DNA of 63,244 nucleotides, the filler included. It is 4 parts of 4 records of this genome, joined end to end, with 100 filler letters (N's around TTAATTAATTAA, not from the genome) between each part and the next. Parts side by side here need not be neighbours in the genome. Positions count along the whole stretch, not along the records: positions 48,644 to 56,606 come from SRR31156797_1066; positions 56,707 to 63,244 come from SRR31156797_1095; 2 more parts are not named here. The stretch is one strand, 5' to 3'. Positions within the stretch are counted from its first letter, which is position 1. Each line of letters starts with the position of its first letter. Positions 52,101 through 61,198 of the stretch are shown here, in pieces. The notes beneath the pieces are model-generated. The model saw nothing but the letters and a program-made list of their open reading frames with translations. It had not been told where the DNA came from and did not search any database. Position numbers and translations under genes: made by a program.

Positions 52101-53027
52101 GCAACCATCAATAATGAAGATGCCATTGGCAATGATATGTTAAAAGATATATTGGTTGAAAATCCTCAAACTGCAAAAGTTGAAGAGTTACTTTACAGCA
52201 TTCTAAACCGACAAGTACCTATGTCTGAGGAACAAATGGCCGAAATCCTTGCCGGCAGATATGCACTTTCAGATATGGAGACATTATTATGTAACATCAG
52301 CAAGCTCGATATTAATAAAGGACAATTGCTAAATGTCCTGATAAACGATTATCTTGCAGATAATCGTGACAGCATCAGAACAATTCTCCAGGAAGAGGGC
52401 TCTTTGGCTTCGGTTTACAAACTTGTAATGATGAGCCTGGAAAAAGGAGATTACTCATCGGCTATGGTCTTGTTGAATGAAATACCTTTGAATTTCGGAC
52501 TAAGCAGTAAGGAAGCCGAAGAATATCAAGACTACCTGGAATTAATTTCTATCCTTGTCAAAGACGGGCAATTCAACACCCAGCCCGACAGTCTGCAGAT
52601 GGCCGCTCTAAACCTCTTTATGGAAGAAACAGCCGGCCGCCCGGAAGTCATCGCCAGAAATTTCCTGGTCTCGTCGGAAGCTATCGCCTATGTGGAACCG
52701 ATTCTTGAGCCGAATCCCTATAAGTCATCTGGATTCCCGTATGACCGGTTCATAAATGTGGTGCCGGACCATGCAAATGAGATTAGCATTTACCCCAATC
52801 CAGCGCATAACAGCATTACCATCGAATACGGGGCGAAAAACGCTGAAGATATTTTAAGGGTGAAAATCAGTAATTTAACCGGGATAACCGTTAAGAATAT
52901 TCCTCTTGACAACTCTGTTGATCGCACTAATGTCGATATATCCGGGTTATTGCCCGGCATGTACATCTGTAAAATCACTTGCAACGGAAAGGTGATTTTT
53001 ACCAAAAAATTAACAATAATTTACTAA
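49116..53027 (+). CDS. Large secreted S8 subtilase with propeptide, beta-helix region, helical region and T9SS CTD
   Basis: Triad motifs ISDIG / HGTAVAG / GTSFASP, oxyanion SAGN; parallel beta-helix-like repeats (GIY, NNxF); IYPNP...GMYICK CTD. Confidence 0.9.
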   Translation: MKTLSIEQIFIIVLLLLCPVVLISQDYEEGQLYVCVADEDGIPDFIDLGGDSVLVQMDNTDLENYFNQYGVYSFERSFPIVDSFPNTYKYDLDKVYTLKCSGDEEQLMQSIQIQEDGMYSYVEQIPVNYPVHTPDDYHLLDATLGTNWALDLINAEQAWNYTQGDPDILIGISDIGYLTTHPDLVNKLTMVNTPGTPYVHGTAVAGCAAAETNNGIGTTSIGYDCSLLLYDSYNQVSKIWPGLFALANEGAKVINASFASINYSETEQRGIYLMRDNGILVIASAGNGTESGMPQWPENAYRYPASYDGVISVTSVYQNDSHLLPGGSVHTHNDKVDVCAPGYNVITTQFDNNYQPTYAYASGTSFASPITAGLAGLVYSLLPDAPPALTEAIIELTCDNIDNVNPSYAGLLGNGRINAYLATQKAWNIANTTAQNIVVGNGQNITLAGADGIRVIDGYIKVETGGTLTIKSKVFFKESAKIIVEGGANLIIDGGTLSTYDNSYLWEGIELGGDVNENQFSGAQGKIELKNNARIEYAKAAIKTYRIVNPFLRTYSGGIIFAENSTFYNNTVAIDMRPYENHHPVSGNVHDNLSYFDNIKFINSEYFYETFANDAFVKISGIRGVPFRGCEFKNFFGLHFSQEEFTSDLGYGIYSTNSSFIVDQICVDEFLPCTNFKPSMFNTLFCGIYAINTVSDKSFSVRNSHFGSDEGFSYPDIPGILKGVYASGIDNIVISDNEFELPYNYSSSSYGIYMDNCTDFIVTNNLMTLTGLFPFFPDMLDSRGIIINNSGPTNNEIYRNTFEDLNYGIQPQNENRGPRTASGLQLKCNNFDNCVYDISVLIDESVTYEGIASIQGTVSDPAGNLFSEWNDNEYHIYNEGDPISYIYHNNYLSHPVRPENNSANVATSPGTVAYLPGTSCPNLSGGSESGEELLAQYGQISSDLNILDQNYSIMLDNGNTFLLESQVESTVASTAQQTKTELLNVSPYVSETVINATINNEDAIGNDMLKDILVENPQTAKVEELLYSILNRQVPMSEEQMAEILAGRYALSDMETLLCNISKLDINKGQLLNVLINDYLADNRDSIRTILQEEGSLASVYKLVMMSLEKGDYSSAMVLLNEIPLNFGLSSKEAEEYQDYLELISILVKDGQFNTQPDSLQMAALNLFMEETAGRPEVIARNFLVSSEAIAYVEPILEPNPYKSSGFPYDRFINVVPDHANEISIYPNPAHNSITIEYGAKNAEDILRVKISNLTGITVKNIPLDNSVDRTNVDISGLLPGMYICKITCNGKVIFTKKLTIIY

Positions 53028-53050
53028 TTTCGAAAACCTAACATTGCAAT

Positions 53051-53082
53051 ACCGGCGGGACAACTCATTGTGTCCTGCCGGT
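53051..53082 (+). terminator. Intercistronic hairpin after the subtilase
   Basis: ACCGGCGGGACA-ACTCATTG-TGTCCTGCCGGT followed by TATT (weak U-tract). Confidence 0.6.
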
Positions 53083-53098
53083 TATTAATAAACTGATC

Positions 53099-54700
53099 AT
53101 GAAAATCAAGAGATTTAAAATTATTGCAATCATTGTCCTTGTAATCCTATTCGGGAAAACAGCGGTTTCGCAGACCTGGGAACATGTTTATGGTAAGCCA
53201 TGGAGATTTGAACTTACAAGGGGCGTGTCAAATCATTACGACCATGGGTTTATCCAGGCAACGATAGTGGATTATGATGCGCTATGGCTAAACAAAATTA
53301 ATGTAAACGGGAATCTGCTTTGGTCGAAGTATTACAAACACCAATCTTACCTTGAATTTTATACAAATGGCGTAACCTCCTATTCCGGCGATGGGAGCAT
53401 CCTGATCACAGGTCAATCCAACCAATCGGATCCATGGGGGGATCCTGTGGTGTTAAAGATTAACTCATGTGGTGATTTGGAATGGGGCACAATATGGCAG
53501 GTACCTCAAATGAACTATGGTTTACATATTTTCAGCAATGGCTCAGGCGGGGCTATCATACATACACGGTTCGCATATCCAGAGCTATCAAATTCCACTA
53601 ACCGGTTTCAACTGTTAGAATTCGATGCAAACGGCAATTTTTTATGGAGCAGCCAGATTTTACCACAACAAGAAGAACCTCCCAAAATTATAAATTATGA
53701 TATGAACGCTGTGATCCAAACAAACGATGATGGTTTTCTATTTGGCGGCTACGGCTATTTCAGGGACACTTCTGATACGGATCTTTTCTGGCTGCAAAAC
53801 ATGATGTTGAAATGCGACCATGATGGCAATACTGAATGGATAAAAGGTTATTTTAAACAGGACGAGGAGGAAGAGTTCAGGGGGCAAATAGGGGCTGTTT
53901 TTGAATATAATGGGAGGTACTATGCCGGTGGGACGAAATATAAATACTACGGAGATCAAGTCATTTCATCCACACCCGTCCTGATAAAAACGGATAACAG
54001 GGGAGAAATGATCATACATTTTACCATGTTAGAGGATTCGTTGGTTTTTTCTTTACCCTTAGCATTTGATGTTATTGATGATTCAACAGTCTTTATGGCA
54101 ACAAACACAACACCACATCTCAGTCAAAACAATCACATCGGAATGATCCTGACCGATACCACGGGAAACATCAAAAAAGCACTGGACAACTACAACGGAT
54201 TTCTTGTTGAAGATTGTTTAGCAAGTTCAATCGATGGAAAATACCTGCTCACCGGAGGCAATTATGATGATGATGACTTTAATGGATATGCCCTGAAAGT
54301 GAATTCACAACTTGAATGGGATACGATATACTCAGGACAGTTCACCTATGACAGCCTCTGTGGGCACGCAATCGACAGCACCGTGGTAATCCTTAATTGT
54401 GATATCACCACAGGCATCATTGAGCCACAACCCGTTCATAAAAAAGTCAACCTCACAATTTATCCAAATCCCGCCACCGACAGGATAGCTGTGTTATTAC
54501 CGGAAACAAACAGAGACATCCTGATCTCAATAACCGATCTTTTTGGAAGAACGGTGATCGAAAAGAAATCCCACAGCAGGGAGACCGAAGCCATACTCAA
54601 TATCAAGGGGCTCATCGACGGATATTTTAACGTGAGTATAACAGAAAACAATTCGGTCATACAAACCGGGAAATTTTTAAAGAAAACATTAAACAAGTAA
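53099..54700 (+). CDS. T9SS-secreted putative beta-propeller protein
   Basis: Signal peptide; recurring K.(N/D)..G..W blades (KINVNGNLLW, KINSCGDLEW, FDANGNFLW, KCDHDGNTEW); TYDSLC motif; IYPNP CTD. Confidence 0.75.
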   Translation: MKIKRFKIIAIIVLVILFGKTAVSQTWEHVYGKPWRFELTRGVSNHYDHGFIQATIVDYDALWLNKINVNGNLLWSKYYKHQSYLEFYTNGVTSYSGDGSILITGQSNQSDPWGDPVVLKINSCGDLEWGTIWQVPQMNYGLHIFSNGSGGAIIHTRFAYPELSNSTNRFQLLEFDANGNFLWSSQILPQQEEPPKIINYDMNAVIQTNDDGFLFGGYGYFRDTSDTDLFWLQNMMLKCDHDGNTEWIKGYFKQDEEEEFRGQIGAVFEYNGRYYAGGTKYKYYGDQVISSTPVLIKTDNRGEMIIHFTMLEDSLVFSLPLAFDVIDDSTVFMATNTTPHLSQNNHIGMILTDTTGNIKKALDNYNGFLVEDCLASSIDGKYLLTGGNYDDDDFNGYALKVNSQLEWDTIYSGQFTYDSLCGHAIDSTVVILNCDITTGIIEPQPVHKKVNLTIYPNPATDRIAVLLPETNRDILISITDLFGRTVIEKKSHSRETEAILNIKGLIDGYFNVSITENNSVIQTGKFLKKTLNK

Positions 54701-54704
54701 CACC

Positions 54705-56006
54705 ATGAAAAAATTAATCTACTTTCTAATTGCTATGATCTGCCCGATTATGCTGACAGCTCAGTGGGAACAAATTTACTCCGCTTCGGAGATAAATATG
54801 CTGAATAACATCAAATTCTTTAATGACCAAACCGGGGTTCTGCTTGCCGAAGATGCTTACATCAACATGACAGAGGATGGGGGACAATCCTGGAATATGC
54901 TGGATTATCCGGAGCAAGACCATTCACCATCCGATTTTTTTAAATTCGGGGCATCCAAATATGTTGTATTATCTGATCTGTGGCTGCATTCCGGCTTTTT
55001 AGTAACGCTGAATGGCGGAGAATGGTGGTACGAAGTCAGTCCTGATATTACTTCCCCACAGGCTGCAGACTTTTTAAACATCGATCTGGGTTATTGCGCT
55101 GCCTTTGGCATGGAAGGATCAACCATAGGTAGTGCCATTTACAAGCTGGAAGGAAGCGGTCCGTATCAAGTCCCCGAACTGGTTTACTTTACTGACCAGC
55201 AAGGATATTTCTCCCATATCCTTTGCCTGGATGATCAGACAACACTGGCAAATTTTGAGGTTTCCGACAACAATCCCCCAATTCCGGCTTATACCGGTTT
55301 GCTCCTGCGAAGTGATGACGGGGGCAACAATTGGTCGCAAATAATGCAACTAAGCGCGGGTGAAACATTCCTAAAGTTAGGTAGAAGCCTTGAGGACAAT
55401 TGCCTCTATGCTCATACAACCGAAGGCCTGTATTATTCCACGGACAATGGACTCACCTGGGAAGATCAGGATATATCCGTCGAAACAATCGATCTGCTTT
55501 CAGAGCAAACTGCCTATGGTGTTGTCATTACATCGGGTTTCGGATCGATGATAGATACACTAAACCTTGCCTATACAGAAGATGCATGGAACTCATGGTC
55601 AGCACAACTTAAAATCCCTTTCGACCCAATGAATATTGACCGAGCGGTTCATTTGCAAATGATCAGCGAAGACATTGGATTTTTTGCTTACAACAACCAA
55701 TTGTATAAAACCACAAATGGAGGATGGGTGGGTATAAATCAAGATTCTCATGAAACTCTATCTGGTTTATCCATCACTCCAAATCCGGCATCAGAATCCT
55801 TCAGAATCGATTTACCCGACAATATGAAAGGAACAAGGAAAATCAGGATCATGGACGGCCGTGGTGCAATTGTATTCGACAGTGGAATAGAACAAAACAG
55901 ATCATCTATGCAAATTGACTGTAATTTATGGATACCGGGCATCTATTTTATTAGCGTGGAATCCGGACTAGGAAAACCGGCAAGAAAAAAATTAATTATT
56001 CGATAA
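54705..56006 (+). CDS. T9SS-secreted BNR/Asp-box (YCF48-like) beta-propeller protein
   Basis: TEDGGQSW, SDDGGNNW, STDNGLTW and KTTNGG Asp-boxes; ITPNP...PGIYFI CTD. Confidence 0.8.
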   Translation: MKKLIYFLIAMICPIMLTAQWEQIYSASEINMLNNIKFFNDQTGVLLAEDAYINMTEDGGQSWNMLDYPEQDHSPSDFFKFGASKYVVLSDLWLHSGFLVTLNGGEWWYEVSPDITSPQAADFLNIDLGYCAAFGMEGSTIGSAIYKLEGSGPYQVPELVYFTDQQGYFSHILCLDDQTTLANFEVSDNNPPIPAYTGLLLRSDDGGNNWSQIMQLSAGETFLKLGRSLEDNCLYAHTTEGLYYSTDNGLTWEDQDISVETIDLLSEQTAYGVVITSGFGSMIDTLNLAYTEDAWNSWSAQLKIPFDPMNIDRAVHLQMISEDIGFFAYNNQLYKTTNGGWVGINQDSHETLSGLSITPNPASESFRIDLPDNMKGTRKIRIMDGRGAIVFDSGIEQNRSSMQIDCNLWIPGIYFISVESGLGKPARKKLIIR

Positions 56007-56039
56007 TTTATTATGAATTCATATCAAATTTCTAAACAG

Positions 56040-56516
56040 ATGAAAAAACAAATATTAATACTCATAACAGCCATCTTATTGTTGAGCTGCACATATCAGG
56101 GAATCTATTCCCAGAACTTCGAACCTGTTGTTATAGAGAATAATGTCATTTTATACACAATTGGGACCTCTGAAGCATATTTACGTCAACTACCGGCAGC
56201 ATTGCCGGGATACGTTAACCTGACAACCATGCCTTTTGACCTGTTTCCGGCTATGTCAGATCCCGAAATCAAAGCTGAACTTATTATGATATTAAACGAT
56301 TTCAGACCTGATGAAGCCTCAGATGATGAAAAGAAGAACTTTCTTCAAAACCTCACGCACTTGATACTACTGGATATCAATAATGTAGAAAAATGGAAAA
56401 CTGATTATAAACAACCATTAAATAAGCTTTGCTCGGATTCAAGACACTCGATGAAAGCTTTGTTAATTAAGCGATTGATTGATGATTACGTTAATGATTA
56501 TTTACCAAAACTGTAA
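56040..56516 (+). CDS. Small exported hypothetical protein (possible lipoprotein), no CTD
   Basis: MKKQILILITAILLLSC signal/lipobox; largely helical remainder (ORF track start 56013). Confidence 0.6.
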   Translation: MKKQILILITAILLLSCTYQGIYSQNFEPVVIENNVILYTIGTSEAYLRQLPAALPGYVNLTTMPFDLFPAMSDPEIKAELIMILNDFRPDEASDDEKKNFLQNLTHLILLDINNVEKWKTDYKQPLNKLCSDSRHSMKALLIKRLIDDYVNDYLPKL

Positions 56517-56527
56517 AAAATCACACT

Positions 56528-56606
56528 ATGAAAAAACTAGTTTTACTAGTAGGGATTTTATCCGTTACATTAATTGTTCAGGCCCAGCCCTGGCCCAGGA
56601 TTATCG
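56528..56606 (+). CDS. 5' fragment of a further secreted protein (truncated by contig end)
   Basis: MKKLVLLVGILSVTLIVQAQPWPRII signal peptide begins 12 bp after the previous stop and runs into Ns. Confidence 0.65.
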
Positions 56607-56706
56607 NNNNNNNNNNNNNNNNNNNNNNNNNNNNNNNNNNNNNNNNNNNNTTAATTAATTAANNNNNNNNNNNNNNNNNNNNNNNNNNNNNNNNNNNNNN
56701 NNNNNN
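56607..56706. other. Artificial contig linker
   Basis: 44 N + TTAATTAATTAA + 44 N. Confidence 0.98.
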
Positions 56707-56998
56707 CCGTTGTGTGCATCGGACACCCGATAATCTGGCTTGCGGTCTTGAGCTTTGCCGCCATCGGCCACAAAGATCCACGCACGGACATGGCTTTCGG
56801 GACAACGCCAAGATTGAAAGCAACATCCACCAACCGGTCCCCAATAAACACGGCATCTATTTTTTCAGGCGGGGGCGACTTCATCCCGGCCAGACTCAAA
56901 CCTGGTATCGAGATCACTGCCGTTACAATTAAAACAGTTAAAAGTCGCACTAACCAAATAGCTTTATCACATCTGCTCTCCAATTTTTTTTTCCTCAT
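56707..56998 (-). CDS. ABC transporter substrate-binding protein, Fe/B12-type (partial)
   Basis: AGGAG SD, signal peptide, VFIGDRLVDVAFNLGVVP resembling class III periplasmic binding proteins; truncated. Confidence 0.55.
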
Positions 56999-57516
56999 TT
57001 CATCTCCTGTACTGTTGTAAAATGCCGGTAGAACGTTTCCTTGTTGAACGCGGACCGTGAAAAAACAAAAATTATATAGCTTTAATTAGACAAATTAGCA
57101 AGAACAAAATTAGCGGTATCTAACTTTGATAAAAGTATCTATGGCAGCCCTGTCAGCAGCTAAACAAAGTCTATCGCCGCCTAAAAAAAAGAAAATCGTC
57201 CAGCCTGACAAGACTATTTATATGGATTTGGGCGGGACCATGATACCGATTTATTTTCTTCCACAGGTTGATATGTTAACTTCCAGACCCCTAATTTGAT
57301 ATCAATTAAAATATGATGTACTATTAAGCAAATATAATCGTCCTCTGATTCGAAACATCGTTAAGCTTCTTCTCTCTGCTCAAAATTGAATTTGCGCATC
57401 TATCTTTCCATGCAGTCTAAAAGTCGCGCACGCCTCTTCACAACTGTTTTATTTATAACTGAAAGAGCTCTTTAACGCTCTTAAATTAAAAGAAGTAAAC
57501 AAAACAGGAGGCAGAA

Positions 57517-57975
57517 ATGAAAAAAATTTTAATCCCTTTCTTTGTAGTCATTTTAACCATGGCTTTTTCCTGCGGCGCTCTTGCCGGAATGAAAGAAGAC
57601 ACTCAAGCGCTGGTCGAAAACGCTGTGGCCATGGTCAAGGAAAAAGGTCTTGATGCAACCCTGGCTGCTATCAAGGACAAAAACGGGCCTTTTTTAAAGG
57701 GCGAACTGTATATTTTCGCCGGAAAACTGAATAAAGCCGAAATCATAGCCCATCCCATCAATCCCAAACTCGAAGGCAGAGACATGTCCAAGATGAAGGA
57801 TGTCAAGGGTAAATACTTCTTTATGGAATTCATGAATAAAGCCAAAGATCCCGGAAATGGTTGGGTGGAATACCATTGGCCCAAACCCGGTGAAAAGAAG
57901 GCATCCCCCAAAGACACATATATTATGAGAGTTCCCGGCGAGGAAGTCTGGTTTGGCTGCGGATATTACAAGTAG
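57517..57975 (+). CDS. Free-standing periplasmic single Cache (sCache_2-like) protein
   Basis: Signal peptide; LYIF, IAHP..P.LEG, KDVKGKYF, GWVEYHWPKPG..K; AGGAGG SD. Confidence 0.88.
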   Translation: MKKILIPFFVVILTMAFSCGALAGMKEDTQALVENAVAMVKEKGLDATLAAIKDKNGPFLKGELYIFAGKLNKAEIIAHPINPKLEGRDMSKMKDVKGKYFFMEFMNKAKDPGNGWVEYHWPKPGEKKASPKDTYIMRVPGEEVWFGCGYYK

Positions 57976-57987
57976 AAAAAAATATAA

Positions 57988-58022
57988 TCTCCCCGGCCCG
58001 ATGACTCTGTGAGCCGGGGAGA
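57988..58022 (+). terminator. Hairpin between the Cache gene and the MCP (no U-tract; possibly stabiliser or attenuator)
   Basis: TCTCCCCGGC...GCCGGGGAGA 10-bp perfect stem. Confidence 0.5.
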
Positions 58023-58090
58023 CAGCCAAACCGAAAGCAATTGAACAACTCTTCCGAAATTGGCATTTATATGCCGGATGGAGACGATTA

Positions 58091-60019
58091 ATGAGCCTTC
58101 GAGGAAAAGTAATCACGTTTCTGATTCTTGCCCTTGGCGCCCTGGCCATAGTCGCCATTGGCAACTACTACCTGAACAGCAGAATGCAAACAGCCGAAGC
58201 TTTCGGACTTGGAATCGGTGCGGTTCTGGATGATATGCAAAGCGCCAAAATTGCTGAACGTACTTTTCTGTCCGAAGGCGATCCAAAAATATCAAAGCAG
58301 GCTATTGGCGCCATGTCCAACGCAGAAAGCCGCCTGCAGACTGTAAAACAATATGTCTCAGACCCGGCCGTTCTGCAGGCGCTTGATTCGATGAAAGCCG
58401 ATGTCGTCAAATACCGGGAATTATTTTCACAAGTAAGTAAAAACGTTGCTCAAATTAACAAACTCCAGGCCGATTTAATGGCTGCCGGCGCCGGTATAGA
58501 AGAAACCGCACGGATTGATGTGGTTGAGTTTCTTACGCAGCTAGAAGGTGAAAAATTGATGGAAACCGGCGAAGGCCTTGACGACATGCTCATCGAATTT
58601 AGAAATGTGGTCAAGGATTACTCCGCCCTGAGCAATCGGGTTATTTTAAACATACAGCGTCTTTTCCTGACCAATGCCGCCAAGGAATTCAAGGCTCAGA
58701 TCGAAGAGATTCGTGATTATAGGAAAATCCTCGAAGAAAATGCCGGTACTTTTCTGCCCAACATCCAGGAAGAAGAACTCCCGCCTGCCTGGGATTTAAT
58801 GCTCGAAATGAGCAGCGACATTCAAAAGGCTGAAAGCGAACTGTTTACGCTCTGGGACGCGAACAGGTCCATGATGTTGGAATTGGATAAGCAATCCGTA
58901 AAAGTGGCCAAAAACATAAATGAATTAAGCGCACAAAGCCATGAGGACATCAAAAGCAGCTCCAGGACAGCTAATATACTGGGGCCAGGCGTAAGCGTGG
59001 TTGCGGCTGTTCTGCTTCTCATCTGGGGGCTGTACATGATCCGAAGCACAATAAAACCATTGAGAACCGCTACTGGCGCGCTTAATTCAGTGGTTGCCCA
59101 GGTTGAAACTTCGGCTTCGGCCACGCAAAGGGCTTCCCAGACTCTGGCTGAAGGTTCGTCGCAGCAGGCCGCCGCTATAGAAGAAACGTCGGCATCCCTG
59201 GAAGAGATGTCCTCCATGACCCAACGGAATGCCGAAAATGCCGGCCAGGCCAATTCACTAATGACCGAAACAAGGTCCACTGTCAGTAAGGCCAGCAATT
59301 CAATGGAAGAAATGAGCATTGCCATGGATGAAATATCAAGCCATGGCCAGGAAATAAGCAAAATCATAAAAACAATCGATGAAATAGCTTTTCAGACCAA
59401 CTTGCTCGCCCTGAACGCGGCCGTGGAAGCGGCCAGGGCCGGCGAGGCCGGCCAGGGATTTGCGGTTGTAGCGGATGAAGTTCGAAACCTGGCTCAAAAG
59501 GCAGCGGAAGCAGCCAGGAACACAGCGACTCTCATAGAGACGACCGTGGAAAAAATCAATAGCGGCAACTCACTGGTGAAAAGAACTCAGGAAAACTTTT
59601 CCGATGTTGCGGATAACGCCAACAAGGTCGCCGACCTGGTGCAGGGCATTGCGGCGGCCTCAAGCGAACAGGCCGACGGCATCACCCAGATAAACAAGGC
59701 TGTGGCCCAGATGGACCAGGTGACCCAGGCTAATGCCGCCGGCGCCTCTCAATCGGCTGAAGCAGCAGACGAGCTTACTGTCGAAGCCCATAAATTACGG
59801 GACACGGCTTATGATCTCACCAATGTGGTCGACGGAACAAAAGCTACTGAAGGCATGACTGCAGCCCTGCCCCCAACAACTGTGCGGCCGGCTAAAGAAT
59901 CCCAAAGACCGGCTATTCAGGCCAGGGATGAAACCATGATTCCCACCCGCAAAGGCGGCATGACTGAAGTCGAGGCCGAATCCGTCATCCCCATGGATAA
60001 GGATTTTGACGAGTTTTAA
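58091..60019 (+). CDS. Methyl-accepting chemotaxis protein with large helical periplasmic domain
   Basis: Two TMs flanking about 270 aa helical domain; [35 protein letters not shown]-terminal DFDEF pentapeptide. Confidence 0.95.
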   Translation: MSLRGKVITFLILALGALAIVAIGNYYLNSRMQTAEAFGLGIGAVLDDMQSAKIAERTFLSEGDPKISKQAIGAMSNAESRLQTVKQYVSDPAVLQALDSMKADVVKYRELFSQVSKNVAQINKLQADLMAAGAGIEETARIDVVEFLTQLEGEKLMETGEGLDDMLIEFRNVVKDYSALSNRVILNIQRLFLTNAAKEFKAQIEEIRDYRKILEENAGTFLPNIQEEELPPAWDLMLEMSSDIQKAESELFTLWDANRSMMLELDKQSVKVAKNINELSAQSHEDIKSSSRTANILGPGVSVVAAVLLLIWGLYMIRSTIKPLRTATGALNSVVAQVETSASATQRASQTLAEGSSQQAAAIEETSASLEEMSSMTQRNAENAGQANSLMTETRSTVSKASNSMEEMSIAMDEISSHGQEISKIIKTIDEIAFQTNLLALNAAVEAARAGEAGQGFAVVADEVRNLAQKAAEAARNTATLIETTVEKINSGNSLVKRTQENFSDVADNANKVADLVQGIAAASSEQADGITQINKAVAQMDQVTQANAAGASQSAEAADELTVEAHKLRDTAYDLTNVVDGTKATEGMTAALPPTTVRPAKESQRPAIQARDETMIPTRKGGMTEVEAESVIPMDKDFDEF

Positions 60020-60359
60020 AAAACCGGTTATTTCAAGCCGGTTCCCACCCAAATGGGCCGTAACGTTATTGGGGCAGGCTTATTGAAATACCGGACCTGT
60101 CTTGAACTTGTCCCGGGGGTTGTTTGCCGCGCTTATATCAATTCCGCACACCCATGAGGCTTGCCTATTAGTTTTTTCCCCTTTTTCAGCAATAAAACAA
60201 TAGCCTTTCTGTTTTCATAATTAGAAATTGGTAGTATTATGCCCCTGGTTTTTATCTGGTTTTTTGTACTAAAGAAAAATGTCAATCTTAATATCAGTTT
60301 GACGAATTGATGTTACGACGGCTTTAAATTAATGTTAGCTTGCTGAAAAGAGGGATGTT

Positions 60360-60917
60360 TTGAGTTTATACCAGGAAGTAGAACGGAAAAAAACGCAGAA
60401 AAAAGGATTGGGGCTTATACACGCATATTTCGGCCAGGGAGTCGGCAAGTCAACCCGGGTAATCGGATTGGCCGTAAGGGCGGCAGGCTCCGGATTTGAC
60501 GTCCACTTCATTCAATTCATGAAATCGGCAGACTCGGGTGAAGTAAATATATTCAATCAAATTCCCAACATTCATTATTACTGTCCGGGCAAACACGGAT
60601 TTATAAAAAACAACGGCCCTTCTTCCGAACACATTGAGCATGCGGCCCTGGCGCTTGAAAAAGCCTGGGAAGCGGCGCGAAGCGGGGCTCAATTGCTGAT
60701 TTGCGATGAAATACTGAACACACTGCTTTTCAGAGTGGTAAAAAAAGAACAGGTTTTAGAACTGGTCGAATTTTGTCGGGGAAAAACCGAACTTGTTATG
60801 ACCGGCGCGGACGTCGGCGAGGATATCCTGGAAGTAGTCGACTATGCCACGGAATTCGTGCAAAGAAAACATCCTTACTATAATGGGGTTATCGCCCGCA
60901 AGGGTATTGAATTCTGA
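60360..60917 (+). CDS. cobO: Cob(I)yrinic acid a,c-diamide adenosyltransferase-like (CobO/BtuR family), divergent
   Basis: GxGxGKS/T P-loop variant, RAAGSG, IQFMK, ICDE, ELVMTG, KHPY..G..ARKGIEF. Confidence 0.8.
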   Translation: MSLYQEVERKKTQKKGLGLIHAYFGQGVGKSTRVIGLAVRAAGSGFDVHFIQFMKSADSGEVNIFNQIPNIHYYCPGKHGFIKNNGPSSEHIEHAALALEKAWEAARSGAQLLICDEILNTLLFRVVKKEQVLELVEFCRGKTELVMTGADVGEDILEVVDYATEFVQRKHPYYNGVIARKGIEF

Positions 60918-61042
60918 TTATGGAGATCCAAGGCTGGCAATTGATTGCCGGCCCCTAAAGGGGGCGGGCTTCCGAGTATTAATCCATAATCGGAAGATAA
61001 AACAGCCCGCATATATCATTGAAGATTTTGTGTCGGCGTAAA

Positions 61043-61198
61043 TCAATGCCGGACCATGGTATCCAGGACGCCCGTTTCCCGTGATTTCGCCGATTCAAAA
61101 TCAAACCCTTCCAGGGTAACGGCTTTCTTTTCCCCGATCCGCGCCAGGCATATCATTAAAACCGACGCCGCTATTAAAAAAAACAGAAACCAGACCAT
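61043..61198 (-). CDS. Small 51-aa single-pass membrane protein (not in ORF track)
   Basis: AAGGAG SD 6 nt before ATG; MVWFLFFLIAASVLMICLARIGEKKAVTLEGFDFESAKSRETGVLDTMVRH*. Confidence 0.5.
   Translation of the reverse strand: MVWFLFFLIAASVLMICLARIGEKKAVTLEGFDFESAKSRETGVLDTMVRH

Noticed and set aside
57000-57516. Cobalamin riboswitch upstream of the ABC substrate-binding gene
   Set aside because: The conserved B12-box/GGGAA...GCCCCCGCAACTGT-like elements were not found on either strand by eye.
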